Shown: one piece after another, positions 38,761 through 52,889 of the stretch
Layout: the number at the start of each line of letters is the position of its first letter
How positions within the stretch are numbered: position 1 is the first letter of the stretch
NCBI GenBank assembly: GCA_026770705.1
Contig: JANJGN010000034.1
Coordinates: 4,340,001 to 4,404,000, forward strand
Length of the DNA stretch: 64,000 bases
Direction of reading: 5' to 3'
DNA from: Isurus oxyrinchus
Lineage: Eukaryota
Position numbers and translations under genes: made by a program
The notes under the pieces: model-generated
The model's input: only the letters and a program-made list of their open reading frames with translations
Databases searched by the model: none
What the model was told of the DNA's origin: nothing

Positions 38761-40239
38761 GTAAGCAATGATTTGTCAAGAATTGAGCCAGAAAAATAGT
38801 CATTCGCTCCCAGCCAAGGGACTGTGACAGATAAAAAATGTATTGACAGCAAGATGGAATGTCACTGAATACATATTTACATAGAGGGAATTATTAACGC
38901 CATACTTTATGGGATCGGTCAGAAATAAATTGGTGGCAGGAGGTATGGCGGGTGGAGCATGTGACTAATGTTTTTTTTTTCCCCCATGTTATGAATTCCG
39001 TTAAATCAGATTCATAAAGTTACAACGGGATTTACGTCGCAGAGTGACGTGAAAAGCACCATGGAATCTCATTTAAACAATGCAGTGAAAGTTTCCATTC
39101 AATCCCCGGAGCGGACGATTGTTTATTTAATATATTTGCCCGTCCTCTGCTGTTTTGCAAACATTGGTCGTAAGAGCTCCCATAACCCCACTCGGACACA
39201 AGTTCCAGGGCATTGGCAGAAAAATTGAAAAAAAAATATTCACGTCTATAAAAACTTCCTTTGCTTTCACTTATTCCTTGCACCATCATTTAACATGTGA
39301 ACAGTTTTTCAGTGTCCTATCTAATCGAATCTTGTTACAATTTTCTTCACCTCCACCAAATACATCATCAATTTTCTTTGCTTCAAGGAAGAAATCCATA
39401 CAATCTTATCAGCTTGAAATTGGAGCAAAAATCCCCCTTCCCTGGAATCAGTCTGTTAAAAGCCTTCTCAAACTCTTAGGAACCTCACATTATTTCCAAA
39501 GTATGGGACTCAAAACTGAATGCGAAACTGTGGTTATGGACAGATAAGACCACTATTAAGATTGATTAAAGAAAAACATTTCTTCAATGTTGTTTAAAAA
39601 TATATAAATATTTAATTTACGAAGCACAATATCTGACGTGGTTTACCAAACGGGCTCTCTTTATGTTCTGCCACCTTCAAAGATATCTGCACCTACAAAT
39701 TCAAGTCACTCTGCCCATACATTCTTAAGAGCTATTGTATGTAGAACTCCATGTCTACAATAATATAAGTAATAGTGTACATATCTAAGCTTAGTCAGTT
39801 GAATTCAATAGCGAAGTTGAAGATCACAGGAGAGGAGGAAATGAAGAGAATAATGATATGTTAAAAAGTGCAGGAAAGTTGATTCCGGAAATGAGTGCTA
39901 AATGATCAACAGCTCAAATACTCTTTGCTTCAAATGCAACTCCTTATCCATTATCCATTATCCAAAAACTTATCCATTATGATGCGAAGTGGCTCAGAAG
40001 CACGGCAGGAAAAGGCACCATTTTAAACCAAAGGACTGAGTTGATCGCTTTCGAGAAACAGAACAAATAGAAACAAAAAAACTTCTGTATTGGACAAAAA
40101 AAACGTACATTTAGTCATTAAGTCGCGCAATATCGATCTTCAATTAAACCAGATCATGGTTGATCTGCATCCGACTGCTGGCCCCCCAATTAACACACTC
40201 TTGATAAGTTTCTCCTGTATGCACATATATTTAAATCAG

Positions 40240-40545
40240 TAAAGAAACAAACAGATGGATTGATAAATAAATAATGAGATAAATAAATGTACGATTCAAC
40301 AAATAAATAAATAACTAGATAGAAAAAAAAATAAATATATGAATAAATGTGTAACCAATTAAAAGCAGTGTAAACATATAAATATAGGTAGTGGGATAGG
40401 CAGATGGATACATACATATTTAGTTGGCTGTATAGATAGATGGATAGATGTATAGGTATAGATAGAGAAATAGAGGAATAGATACAAAGAAAGAGAGAAA
40501 GGTGGATTGAAAAATAGATAGATAGATCGATCGAAAGATACACTG
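40240..40545. repeat. Degenerate (ATAA/GATA)n simple repeat
   Basis: Runs of ataaataa and gatagataga; explains low-complexity ORF 40190-40564. Confidence 0.8.
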
Positions 40546-41204
40546 CCAGAAATATGGCAGTCATTCTGAAGACTAATTGATCAAGCTATTGTTGCTATCC
40601 CTAAATGACAGCAGGTTAACAGATAACATAAACTGATTATCAAAATGATGACTTTTCCTGAAAGTGCGGAGAAAGAGCCAGAGAGAGATATTAAGTAACA
40701 TCTCGTCCTAGTGGGGGAACAGGAAAAGATGATAGATCCACAATTATTGGCAATAAATATTGGTGGAAGATCAGTTTTTGGTAAATATCACAATTTGCAA
40801 GCACTTTTGCTGGGCTTTGGAATGTGCAATTACAAATTAACGAGGAAGATTATTCATTATCGAATTTTAAGAGGCATTTAGATTTCCACCGGAGTATGAT
40901 GTCATTACCTGATAATGAAAAAATAATTCTGAATGTGGTATCAACTAAAACTGCCCTTTAAACGATACAGCAAAGAGATAATGTACCAATTCATCAATTT
41001 CTGTGTCCCATGTATTCAAAAGCACAATCTTTTATTTTACGTTAATGCCTCTGCGTGGATTTCCACATTCCTGTCAGCTATTGCAATCCCTACAATTAAC
41101 TGTACTGATTTGCCGTTAATATTGAACACATTTTAAGGTAAGTAATTGGAGTGTTATGCTCTTAAGCATAACGTCCACCATTGCAGATGATCATATATCC
41201 CGAA

Positions 41205-41290
41205 TTAATATTATTATTATTGTTATTATTATTATTATTAGCAGTATTATTAATAGTAATATTATTATTATTTGTTTTATATATATATGA
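41205..41290. repeat. (ATT)n-rich simple repeat
   Basis: Directly visible. Confidence 0.8.
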
Positions 41291-42732
41291 TTTCAGCCAA
41301 AAATATCATAGTAAAGGAAAAAGGTAACTCAGTTATCCCATATATGCAAAGTTTTAGATGAGGTGCAAAATCATTGTGATTTCATGACATATTATTAAAC
41401 GGTTCATGTGATCCCTATGCATGGGAAATTGATTGTGACTGTTCTTAGGATTTGCCCAACACAAGCCCTTTATCTAGTAGTTATGATTGCCGAGTACCAG
41501 GACAAGAAATATTAGTGGAAGCAGTCGTAGGATGGGCAGCTTCGTGTATGCCAAGATTTGGAGACCATGGCTACATTTTGTATCAAGGTAAGGGGAATGA
41601 AAGATAATGCAATTAAACCTGAGAACACTCTAGATAAATTCACAGTATACATATGGAGAGGAAGCAAATTTCGCTTGGCCAATCACTCAAGAGCATTGTC
41701 ACAGGCATGGAAAATCATGTAAGATCAAAGTTACATTAGCTCAAAGATTTGTGAACATTTGGAATAATCTACCCCACAAGCCACTGGAATGCTGATTCAT
41801 TCAATATATGCCAGGTACTCATGTATGATTGAGCTATATGTATGAACACAAATATAATGAAGAAAATGGGGCGAGGAAAAAAAAAGAGAATTGAGGTGCT
41901 TTTCAGAAATTACATCACTGAAACAGCAAGTACTCCCAAGGGCCTAATGGCAAGCTCCTGCTCACATTTTATGCTATTTATGTGACAATTTTCCACTGCT
42001 TTATCAATCACAGAGGTGCCCATGTTATAGCGCTAATGTTGCTGCATATGTAATCGAGGCTACTGCTCAGTAGGCAAGAAATATACACCCTAATATTGGC
42101 GGATCAGATCTAAGAGCACGTCTCTTCGGTCATTCCCCGTGGCAAGGTGCAGATCATACCCAACAATCCCGTGCTTGACAAACTCAAAAGGCTGTGTCCA
42201 ACATTAAACAGGACCTCCACGACTTGAAAACTTTGGTACATAATCTTAAACTTGCTAAAGATTATGCTGTTAACAAAATTAAGATTGTCAGTTGTGCTCG
42301 CAGTGTGATGAATTGTCGTGTACAGAAAGCGCCTTACTCTTTGTAGGCAGAAATGACATGTATATACCTTGTGCCTGTTTCTGCGAAACATTATAATTAA
42401 CAGGCATTCAGACGTTCGTTCCCAGGACAAGCTCTTGCCAATCAGAGTCAAGTGGCCCACCTTAAATTTCAAACAACACTTAGCAGTTAACTGTCAGTTA
42501 GCATTAAGTGATGGATTACACTTGGCATCGAGTCTAACACTTGTCAAATAATCAGCGCACTTCTGTCCTGTTGCATAAATTATTTGTTCCGTGACATTAA
42601 TATTTTCTTGAGAATTGTCCAGATGAGTGCAAGTAAAATGCTTCGATAAAAAGCTCTCTTTCAGCAATCCTCAAAAGCTTTAATGGTACGGGTTTTCACT
42701 TTTGAACATTCCTCTTTTGTTTTCCTCAACAG

Positions 42733-42768
42733 AAATTCGCAAGTTGAGAAAAGCCCTCGGGGACAATG
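42733..42768 (+). CDS. 36-nt microexon (E)IRKLRKALGDN
   Basis: Acceptor ttcctcttttgttttcctcaacag, donor TG|gtgaga, open. Confidence 0.9.
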
Positions 42769-43867
42769 GTGAGAAAATCCATTTTTGCCTTTGGAGCTTT
42801 GGGTCGATGAGTATGAAGAGCATTGGGAGAATGCAAATTAGTGATATAAATCACGATTATAGTGTTTGCGCACTCCTGGTACTTTGCTCAGCCGGTGTGA
42901 AAATATTGGGCACGTCAGGCTGGCCAATGGCCTTATTTGTTATCCTTGTTCACTGCCTACTTGAAATCCCCTCACTGTCCCACTGCACGAACGTCATGCA
43001 GGTTGATATAGTTAAATAGAAACACAAATTGCTTTTGCCAATATGCAAGCAGCGACAAATGTGTCGATTCCATTGGCAAATAAAGTTGCTTCAGCGTGAC
43101 TGGATCTTCCAAAAACAGAACTTTTATTTTACTCCATGATCTCAGGTGTAACATAATGAAGTGCGTGATAATTAATGTGATCGTTTGTAATACAAAATGT
43201 CCTCAATGTAATGTTAATGCGCATCATTCTTTCCCAAAAAAATAATTAAAGGTTAGTGTCTATGACTGATTAAATTTTCCACTGCATTCATTAGGATAAT
43301 TTATAATAATATCAGTGCCATTACTGATTACTACCAGGGAGCTTCATCTACAGTGATAGTTAGTAATATTGAAGTTTTTGAGGAGCTTGAAGTGCGACAC
43401 CACTTCTGCTCCTATCACAAAGGGCAGCCCAAATCCACAGACTTTCACTAAAAAAAAAATTCTTAATTAGTGTGTCGCTCTCGCGTGGGTTTTGAAACAG
43501 GTTTCTCTCAGTCAGGTGGAATATGTGTTACATTATTTGGTTAACATATAATTCCAGTTAATAGCTAAGGACTTGTTGTATAGCAAATCAGTCGCATCAG
43601 GCTTTAAAGCATTTTCTAGCAAATCTGCCATTGAACCATTGAATGAACCCTTTGGTCGTCAATCTGATAATACCAGTGCACTCTGATTCTGAATTTGTGC
43701 CAACTACCAAATTTCCACTTTTCTGAGTTAACTCACAGTTGCAGCTCCAAAGGTGCACAAATTACAACTACGACACCAAAGTGTAACGCCAGTTTGTTTA
43801 CCGGCTGCAAAAAATAAAATGACTTCCTTTTTCTCCCGATTGATTTTCAACTTTCTCTTGACAACAG

Positions 43868-43894
43868 CTAAACAGCTTCGTGAATGTATGCAAG
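43868..43894 (+). CDS. 27-nt microexon (A)KQLRECMQ
   Basis: Acceptor ctttctcttgacaacag, donor AG|gtaatg, open. Confidence 0.85.
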
Positions 43895-44299
43895 GTAATG
43901 TTGCTCTTCATTTGTGCTCTTCATTATATATCAATTTTCAACTTTAATGTTGTTAACTATTAGTTTCTGCGCTTTCAGAGATGTAAAAAACGAACCAGTG
44001 GCACACTGGTTTGGGAAAAATAAGATTTGCAAGTCGATCAATTTGGATCCAATGTTTTGCTTGACAATTGGGAAATAGTATCTTCATAAGTTAACGAGGA
44101 CATTCCATGCAAAAAAAAAACACTGAGGTGCACTTATTGATTATCAGAAGAAGGAAAACAGAATTTTGCATTTAACTTATATAAAAAAAGTCTTTAAACT
44201 AGCAGCCATATAAGCATAACTACATTGTTGAATCGAGAGAATAAAATACACGGGAGAGGTTTTTTTTTGCTTATACATAGAACAATTATGGTAGTGCGT

Positions 44300-45610
44300 A
44301 ACTTAAAACAGCAGGCTCTTAAAATTACCAATTGAGCTTAAAACTGTAGCTGGAGACTGATGTTTGCATCTGCGATAAGCATAAAAATGGTAGTTACGAA
44401 AAATTTGTAGCCAACGAAGAGTGGAAAGTCAGGCCAGCATTAAAACAATTCCTTTAAATGGCAAAAGAAAAGAAAGCATAGAAACGAATGTTAAAGCAAT
44501 CGGAACATTTGGCTGAGAGTTCCTCGCGCCTGATTGTCTATGTCTTTGCCATCAAGTGGTTATGGAAATATTAATTGAATTGCTTGCAACCTTGCAGATT
44601 ACACTAGAATCTGGAAGGATACCTTTGTATTTGAATAACACAACTCTAACGCTTCTGCTGAAGGAAAGAGGGATGACGAAGTCTGAAAATTGAGGGCGAC
44701 TTCACCAAAATACCAAGTTTAAATTGATCGGAGCACTTATTAAAGAGGTTGAGACAGGGCATTTAAAATATAAATTTGCATTCACACAGATTCAACACGA
44801 TTGGGTTAAAGGGAAATAATGATTAAAAAATTAGGTTAACTTTAGGATCACAAACCAGAGTAGAGACACAAAAAGGTGTTGATAAATTGTTTTGAATTAC
44901 AAAATCGATCAGGACACATACGATGTTAACGGCAAACAAAGCAATCCGGATGTTGGAAGTGATGTTATAGCACACATGTGGAATTATCTTTGTATCAGGA
45001 AATAGAGTCGTTATGAATTGATCATTTACTGCTTGGCAAACTTTACTTACAGTGGATGACTGTACTTGGATTAATGCTGTGATTTCTTGAATGAATTATC
45101 TATAATGATGTCATACCTGAAGCAAGCCAATGACATTAAGAACATAGCTAGATTTGGAAGTTGTGCAGGAGATGCAATAATAATGCAAAAAGATATAGAC
45201 ATGTTAAGTGAGTGAGCAAACACAAAAACAATGGCCGATGGAAAATAACGTGGAAAATATGTGAGAATGCCCAATTTCTCAGAAATATAATGTGGCGAAA
45301 GGAGAAACTGATGGGGACTGCCATATGGTGCCGAAGGAATGTTACAAAAATAATGTTTGTCCTATTTCAGACGAACATGAAGGGGATTTTTTCACTAGAT
45401 TATTATTATTTTGTATTCTCTTCCGTATCAAGGAGTGAATGTTGGGCGTTGCATGAATTGAATTTTGAGTTGGAATTAATATTAAATGACAAGGGATTGA
45501 AATGTAATGGGGTCAGAGAAGGAAGTTTAAATACGAAAATGATTATGTTGGATGGTGTAGTAGTGTGGAAGGGACGCAAGGACTACTATTTCCCTTATTC
45601 CCTCTGTTTT
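44300..45610 (+). mobile_element. Highly decayed CR1 LINE ORF2 and 3' end
   Basis: Remnants of LESGRIP..TLTLLLKERG, QHDWVKGK, QKDIDMLSE*A and a CR1-like 3' tail. Confidence 0.6.
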
Positions 45611-45939
45611 TATGTCCTTGATTACGTGACAATTTCAGGATAAATCTCCGTTCTCATAAATTAACTTGAATGTCTGGTTAGCAAGCATATAGAATAAATA
45701 TCATAGCTGCTTTCAATAAGAAGTCAGATAAGTGTATGAGGGAGTATAACGACAGCACATCCCAAGCATCCTCAGATACCTTAAATTACAGGTGAAATAC
45801 GGTCCTAGGCATAAGGCATGAAATGGGGAGATAAATCGTTTACATAAATTTTCCACAAGTATTATTGTCAACTAGCCATGTCACCTGATTACCGACTGAC
45901 GGAAAACCAATTGTAAGAACATCAAAAGACATAGAAGGT

Positions 45940-46260
45940 TGTGGCATGCCGGTAATGTCACTGGGCTAGTTTTTAAATGGCCCAGGGTAATCCTCAAGGG
46001 GCCCAGGTTCCAACCTCACCACGACTAGTACTGGAAATGTTTATTCAAGAAAAAAATATTTTTTTTGTCGTAAAATCAATTCTGTTCACTGATGCAATTT
46101 AGTTTAGGAAGCCTGCCATCTTTAACTGGTCTGGCTGGGCCTACATATGAGTCAAGTCCAGCCAACACGTGGTTCACTATTCTTTCCCTTCTCAATACGG
46201 ACCATTAGGGATTGTGAACAAATACTGGCCTAGCCAAGGCAGCCGCATCCCTTAATTATA
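45940..46260 (+). mobile_element. tRNA-type SINE with LINE-shared tail
   Basis: gtggcatgccggtaatgtcactgg (A-box-like), ggttccaacc (B-box-like), and tail ttagggat..aaatactggcctagcc matching the LINE tail at 18118-18150. Confidence 0.6.
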
Positions 46261-47292
46261 TAAGAAGTGCTGCCAGAGGGACTGCATACACTGCCTATAT
46301 TCAACTTGTCAGCCAAGAGACAACATTTGTAAAATTACAGCGGATATATATAGGCATTTACGCATTTCTGAGGCTCAAGTGCAGTATCAGGGAATTTGGA
46401 TGCGTGTCTCCAGAACCAACTGGACCTCAGTTACTACGTGCTTCCAGTGAAATTGTTCGTGTGGAGGTTCCTCTGATGGAAAAAAAACGGTTAGGCCATG
46501 TTTTTAAGTTCCACTCTATTAAGTTCTGATAGTAATGTTCAATTAGTTTTGGTATGCTTAATTATGTAAAATGACGTTGCATTTCAAAGCATATGTTTGG
46601 AAAAGCATCATTGTTTTAGCTTGTGTTGTAATTTTCAGCTTAGAATATAGGTAATTGCTGTGCAAATACAAATAAAGCCAATCACTTTATGGAGGGATCA
46701 TCATTAACAGTAGCTGAAAGGAATAGCATAAACGAGGAGAATAACTTAAAACAAAACACATTTGAGAACATAGCTCTGAAAGCAAACTAATACATATGCA
46801 GCTAAATCGCACATGTCACCATGTTATCCTTTTCCAATGTGTTCTGCAGCCAATATATCACATTTCAGCAAACAGAAAAAAAAGAGGAGACACGGCTTTC
46901 AATTGTTAATGCAGCATGTGCCTACAAACGGCAATGTGACAATATCTGGTCGAACAGTTTCAGTGGTGCTGATTGAAATTAAAATATTTGTCAGGGTATC
47001 AGATAATGCACATCTTCTGCTTTGAGCTGAGAGCAGTAGGATGTATTGCACTAGCCTCAGAGAGTAAACGATGCATTGGATTTTGTGTCTACTGATGGTG
47101 TCGTTTATTGCTCAGCCAAACTTCCAATCAAATAGATTATTTACATGTCAGTGAGCAGTATTAAACATTAAGCTTTATAACAACCGATGCATGCAGCATC
47201 GAAATTTTGAGCTACAAACGAGAAGAAACAGCCATCCAAAATTTGCCGAACCATGACAAAATTCTTTGACTGAATATGTGTTTGCCTTTCAG

Positions 47293-47328
47293 AATTAGGT
47301 CAAACGAAGAAAACTCTCACAGAAATAG
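47293..47328 (+). CDS. 36-nt microexon (E)LGQTKKTLTEI
   Basis: Acceptor tgtgtttgcctttcag, donor AG|gtgagc, open. Confidence 0.88.
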
Positions 47329-49049
47329 GTGAGCCCATGTTCTGTTGACAACTTGTTTTTCAATTTATGTTGTTTCATAAGTCCGTTTCATTAGTCATAT
47401 AAACTGTAAAAAAAATGAAAGCTGACTGTGCTCACTTTATATTTTTGTTTGATGGAATAACTTATCACATTGAAATAACAACGAGCAATATAGGGAAAAA
47501 GCATGGGATGAAGTGATATTTTTCTGACGTTAATTGATCAACTGACTGAAGATTAAACCGAGGCATCAACATGAAAATCTGGCTCCAGTGCATTCATTTC
47601 AATAAGATGATATTTCAATAGGAAAATAAAACGAATATTACAAGAGTGATAAAAAATTCCACTCCACAGTCCCCATAAATTCGCAATGTTCTACAAGGGC
47701 GTATAAGAATTTGCAAAGAAACGATGGACAAAATTTCCAAACACTGTGCTGTAAAATTCCAGACAATCGACCGATGTTAATAATTGTTTTTTGGTGAAGA
47801 AGAGGCACGCTATCGAAGCTTGCTATCTTGCAAATGGTGCACATCCAGTTTGAAAGAATATCAAATCTCAAAGGGAACACTACTTTATACTACATGACTA
47901 GAGGATAGTGCTTCTTTGGCAATTGGGATTTGCTTGTTCGAAGCTTTGTCCCCAGGCTTTTGGTACATGGCAAACATTGCAATGCATGGAAATGTTACTT
48001 TTGATTTTATAGGGGAAGGACTCATTTGTGAATATATTAATTTTCTACCATGCGTATGTGAGACCAACTGATAGCCAAAATGATATTAATGAACTTATTG
48101 CTCCTGAAATTCCTGAAACAATCATGATTGTATCGGAAGTATTGTCCAGTAGTGTATCCATATCAAATGTTGTACATTATGTTCTGAGTTTTGCACACTC
48201 AGTATTTTTCTTGTGGTGAACAACCAAAGGGGAGGGAGTTTCATGCTATACAGAAGTCAATGGCACATAAGACCTACTTGCCTGGCATCACTTGGCTTGA
48301 TGGCAGGATGCTGATAAAGGAGAATACCACTTCTATTGCTAGGCAAAATAGTGGCTCCAAAGGGCTAGCTTTCCTCATTTCACAAAAGGTGAGACATTTT
48401 CCCTCAAGGGCAATGTGAGGGAATCTGGATACTTTTCAGTACGGAAGCTGGGGGCCTTAAGCTATGGCAAAGTAATGATCTATTTATCTGAAATGTGCAA
48501 GGCTACAAGGTTTAAGGACTATCGATCGAAGCCACCGTTCTAGTAGAAACCAACAATTTGTTTTGGCGACAGCTATAACCAGAGATAATTCAATTGAAAC
48601 ACGATATATAAGGGCAAACATAAAATGTTTACTTCCATGAATTGTTCCTTTTTAAACCCCAAAGAAGTGTATGGTGATTAGTAACGCGCCCTTTTCGCAC
48701 GGCAAAGCCTTGCCCAGTCAGATTCTGCTTGTCTGGCTTGAATTTAAGCATTGTCCTGGCAGTTGTCTGTCCCATCCACGATTTACACTGGCAACACCTC
48801 TACGAATTATAGCCCACTTGCTAACCAAACAGTGCCGTCTCCAGAAACAGCTTAAATTGCTGTTGCATTTGATATTTGATAATCTTGAGAATCTATCGTG
48901 ATGAATGTAAGACAAAAAATTCCTAAAACAAGTGTCCTTTTCAGCAATTCACAAGTTTTGCATTAGCAGGCCATTACCTGAAATGATGAAGGTTAAGCAA
49001 ACATGAAGCAATCTATGACTGTGACTATTCCCGAATCAATTCATTTTTG

Positions 49050-50900
49050 AAATTAGCCCATGTTGCAGCTATATTTTTTCCCACCAAACTATGGTTTCAT
49101 CTATCTGACCCAATTCTGTTCTTGTATCAGCGAAGGTGGCACTGGTCCATTTAAGTATTCCTACTCTGGATTGCTTATCGTAATTTTCTATCATCATTCT
49201 AAAGCATACAATACGATGATCATTGTATCCTAAATGTTTCCCAAGAGAAAGTTGATCTACATTGCCCACCTCGTTTTCAAGAACCAGGTAAAAGAGAGTA
49301 TCGTTTCTGGTACCATTGAATACATAATGGAATAGAAAAGTTTCCTGCACAATATAATACATTTGCCCCTCTCCGCCTTTTACACGACTAATGTCCCAGT
49401 ATAAATTCGGGTAATTGCTATTATATCATGTTTGCATCTGCCAGCAATGGCCCTGAAGATTTGCTCTTCTACACCTTCTTACTTTTCCCTAACCAAATTG
49501 ATTATGCCCTTGAACCATCTGGGAGGACGTTTTTCCTCCATACTGCAATTTCCTCCTTAATCTATGCCACTATGCCTCCTCCATTCCTATCAGTAATGAA
49601 CATTATTTGACCAAGAAATATTTAAAACTCATTCCTGCTATTCCTTGTTCCACGTTTCTCTCATCGCCACAGCATCATGTGGCAATAATAGCAACATGGC
49701 AATCGGTGCCTGTAAATATCAGACCCTTTTTTTTTACTAAACCCCGGGCATTGACATAATAAGTTTATTAACTCTGGCTTAGATGTCTTTACATTCCCCT
49801 GCACATACACATATCTAATAATTTTATTATTCTTTATCATGGTGATAACTAACCCTCCGAGAAATTTATACACCCAAGAGCATTCCTCTCTAATAATGTA
49901 ACTTTGTTCCCAACCGCTGCTGAGTTAATTAAAAGCCCTCAAAAACTTACGAGCAAAACCAATAAGGAACTCAGCCACAGCTCTGTTCAGATGCAGCCCA
50001 TCGGCTTGTAAAGTTCCCATCTCACCCTTGACAGTCCGAGTGTACCAGGAATCTAATGCCCACCCTCCAGCACCATTCTTCCAGCCATGCATTTGTTTGC
50101 ATTATTCTCCTACTCCTGTGCTCGTTGGCCCGTGACACATGGCATAATCCGGAGATTACTACATTTGAGGGACTGCTTCCTAATTGTCTAGCTAGCTCCC
50201 TAACTTCTGATTTTAGGATGAAACCCCCTTCCTACCATTGCTGCCAATGAGAGCCTCGAACTATGGCTGTTAACCTGCCTCTAGAAGAATGGCATGTAGC
50301 TGCTCTGTGACATAATTCCCCCTGGTATCAGGGATCTGACAGACTATCCTGGTGTCACATATACTGGCCACAGGAACGTCTCTCCGCTCCCCTAACCAAT
50401 GTATTACCTAGTACTATTACCGTTTCTCTCTTCCGCCTCTCTTCCTGCACAGCCCAGCCGTTCGTTTTTCCACAAACCTCCCACTGACTGCATTCCACTA
50501 AAGAATTGGCGACCTCACAAACTTCCAAAATGGAAAATCGATTTGCGAGTGGAACTCCAGTGGTCTACATCAATAACAATCTACATATAGTGGACTGTCT
50601 GGTGGTCAGCAATTCCCTTATTTTCCAGTCACTAATGCCGCCATGTGAATATCTCTCTCAGCATGCACTCAGCCCCGCTGCTGTGCCACAGTGACCCCAA
50701 CCGCTCCTTGATTTCTGAATGTCGGAAGTCAATTTCTGCAATTGACAGTTTTTCCTGAAAATGTGGTCATCTAGGACACCGGTAGTGTCCATTACTTGTG
50801 ACATATTGTGGAACAATCGTTGTTTTGGAACTCTTGGTTGATGACACCACTGCTTGGAGCAAGTGAACGTTTGAACATAATACAGAATGGATGTCTCTGA
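49050..50900 (-). mobile_element. Degenerate CR1 LINE 5' half (ORF1 and APE region)
   Basis: LVLENEVGNVDQLSLGKHLGYNDHRIVCF (APE C-terminus); QVMDTTGVLDDHIFRKNCQLQ (ORF1 N-terminal Cys region); esterase remnants at 49950-50400. Confidence 0.8.
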
Positions 50901-51016
50901 AAGTCCTTCTGTTTTGCATCCCAGGCTCATGTGCTGCATAAACTGTAAACCTCACTTCAAATTTATACCTGCTTCTGGCGCTACACATGTCATTGCTAAG
51001 AAATTACATTTTTCAG

Positions 51017-51043
51017 AGGCAAGTTTGGACCAATGTCTGAAAG
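51017..51043 (+). CDS. 27-nt microexon (E)ASLDQCLK
   Basis: Acceptor ttacatttttcag, donor AG|gtgaat, open. Confidence 0.85.
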
Positions 51044-52414
51044 GTGAATTACGACAAAGCATGTTTTGTTCGTTATTGCGGTGAACAATGTTTGCATTTT
51101 TGTAGACAATGATGCTGAGCGAACCAAGAGTGAAATTTTTTGAAGTATTAAACACGATTTTTAAAACTCTGCTTATGATGCCGGATAATAAGAGAAGAGT
51201 GGTTATTTGCAGAAGTAGCGCCCTTGGTCAGAAATGGTTTTAAAGATTAGCCCAGAAACACAACTCTCAGTTTAGAATGGGTGATCAGAAATAAATTGAA
51301 AGAGATCATCATTTCGAAAAATGGGTTTGGATGAATACATTTTTATTACTCATAGAAAGCCGGCACACATTTGCAACGGTAATCTGTTTTATCTAATAGA
51401 ACAAGTTTCATTTTCAGGAAGTAAGATAATATGTTGAGATGAAGAAACAGATGAAGGCAGTAGTTATAGCAAAGGTTTTGGCACTTGTCCAAATGGCATC
51501 AATTGGGATCATAGGACGTACTGGAAAACTCCCAATATTACCACTGACCTAACATTTAACTGCACTAGCATTATCGATGATCAGGCCAGAGCTTGGAAAT
51601 CCTATGATGACTAACTGACCTCATAACTCTCTAGTGCAGCATGCTCAATGCATGTGTCAGCGTTGAGTTGGAATACATCCCAATTTCATGAATGGGTGAA
51701 GGAACACCAAAAAAAAAATAGGCATGAGTCACGAAAATTTAACCCACTTGATCCAATGTACCGCCTTAAACCTCCCGCCTCCAAAACAGAGTGGACGCAG
51801 TGAATACCACATGCATGATGCAACACAGGAAGTCGCCAGATTTCCTTCAACAGCACATTCAAAACTCACGGCCTCACCACATTGGAGTACATGTTCAAAC
51901 AATACCCTAATACCTCAACAAACCACAAGCACTGAGAACACGGAACAAAATGTTTAATCCTTTAGTGTTTTGACATCATAATCATGGAGATCACTTTTCA
52001 AAAATGACGGCGAAAGACAGGCCGGCAAAAAATCAAGACAACATACCACCACTATCTTTTCCAGGACAATTGGCGTTGGGTAGTAACTTGTGGCCCTTCC
52101 AGCGAAGCTGAAATTACATGCAAGTATAACAAAATTAATCAACGCTGTAGTTCTGGTGTGAGTGTCCTAATGGAATAAGTTTTACAAAACTTGTTAACAT
52201 CTTTTCATTGAAATAAAGTGGTCAATAGAAGCATAGATGCAAATTCAGTTATGGGAGAGGAAAGTGTGAGTCGTGTTGAATGGTAGTATTTCTCTCAGAC
52301 TAGCGAAAAATACGATGGAGGAGCAACATAAAAGTACTTGCACAAACTAAGCAAACGTGATATAAGAGATCAGAACCTGCTGTATAAGCGTTCAAGTTGG
52401 CAAAACATTGACGA

Positions 52415-52865
52415 ATTGAAAATAGGAGCAGCAGAATGTCACTCAGCCCTTCGAACCTTTTCCGCCATTGAGCATGAGCATGTCTGATCATTTATCTCAA
52501 CGCCATATTCCCACTCTCTCTCCATATACTTTGACACCTTTAGTGCCTATAAATCTACGTATTTCTTTCAAAAGTATATTCAATGGCATGTCCTCTACGG
52601 CACTATGTGGCAGAGAATTCGATAGAATCAGCACTCTCTGAGTGAAGGAGCCTCTCGTGACCTCTGTTCCAAATGGCCTAAGTGTATCCTGTATTTGCAA
52701 CTACTGGTTCTACACCCCTCTCCAGAGAAAACATTTTCTCCACGTCCAGTCTGTAGAGCCCGGTTAGAATTTCATACATTTCAAATGAGATCCGCTCTCA
52801 TTCTTCTAAACTCCAGTGAATATAGTTCTAGTCGAACCTATCTCTCCTCATACTACAATTCCACC
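52415..52865 (-). mobile_element. CR1 LINE 3' end
   Basis: Minus peptide RGSFTQRVLILSNSLPHSAVE and a CR1-type tail. Confidence 0.8.
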
Positions 52866-52889
52866 AACCAAGCACCTAGGTGCCATTGC

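Noticed and set aside
40190-40564. 124-aa hydrophobic ORF
   Set aside because: Translation of a GATA/ATAA simple repeat.
51106-51129. 24-nt open phase-1 candidate
   Set aside because: Only 62 nt from the previous exon and weak donor (GA|gtgaaa).
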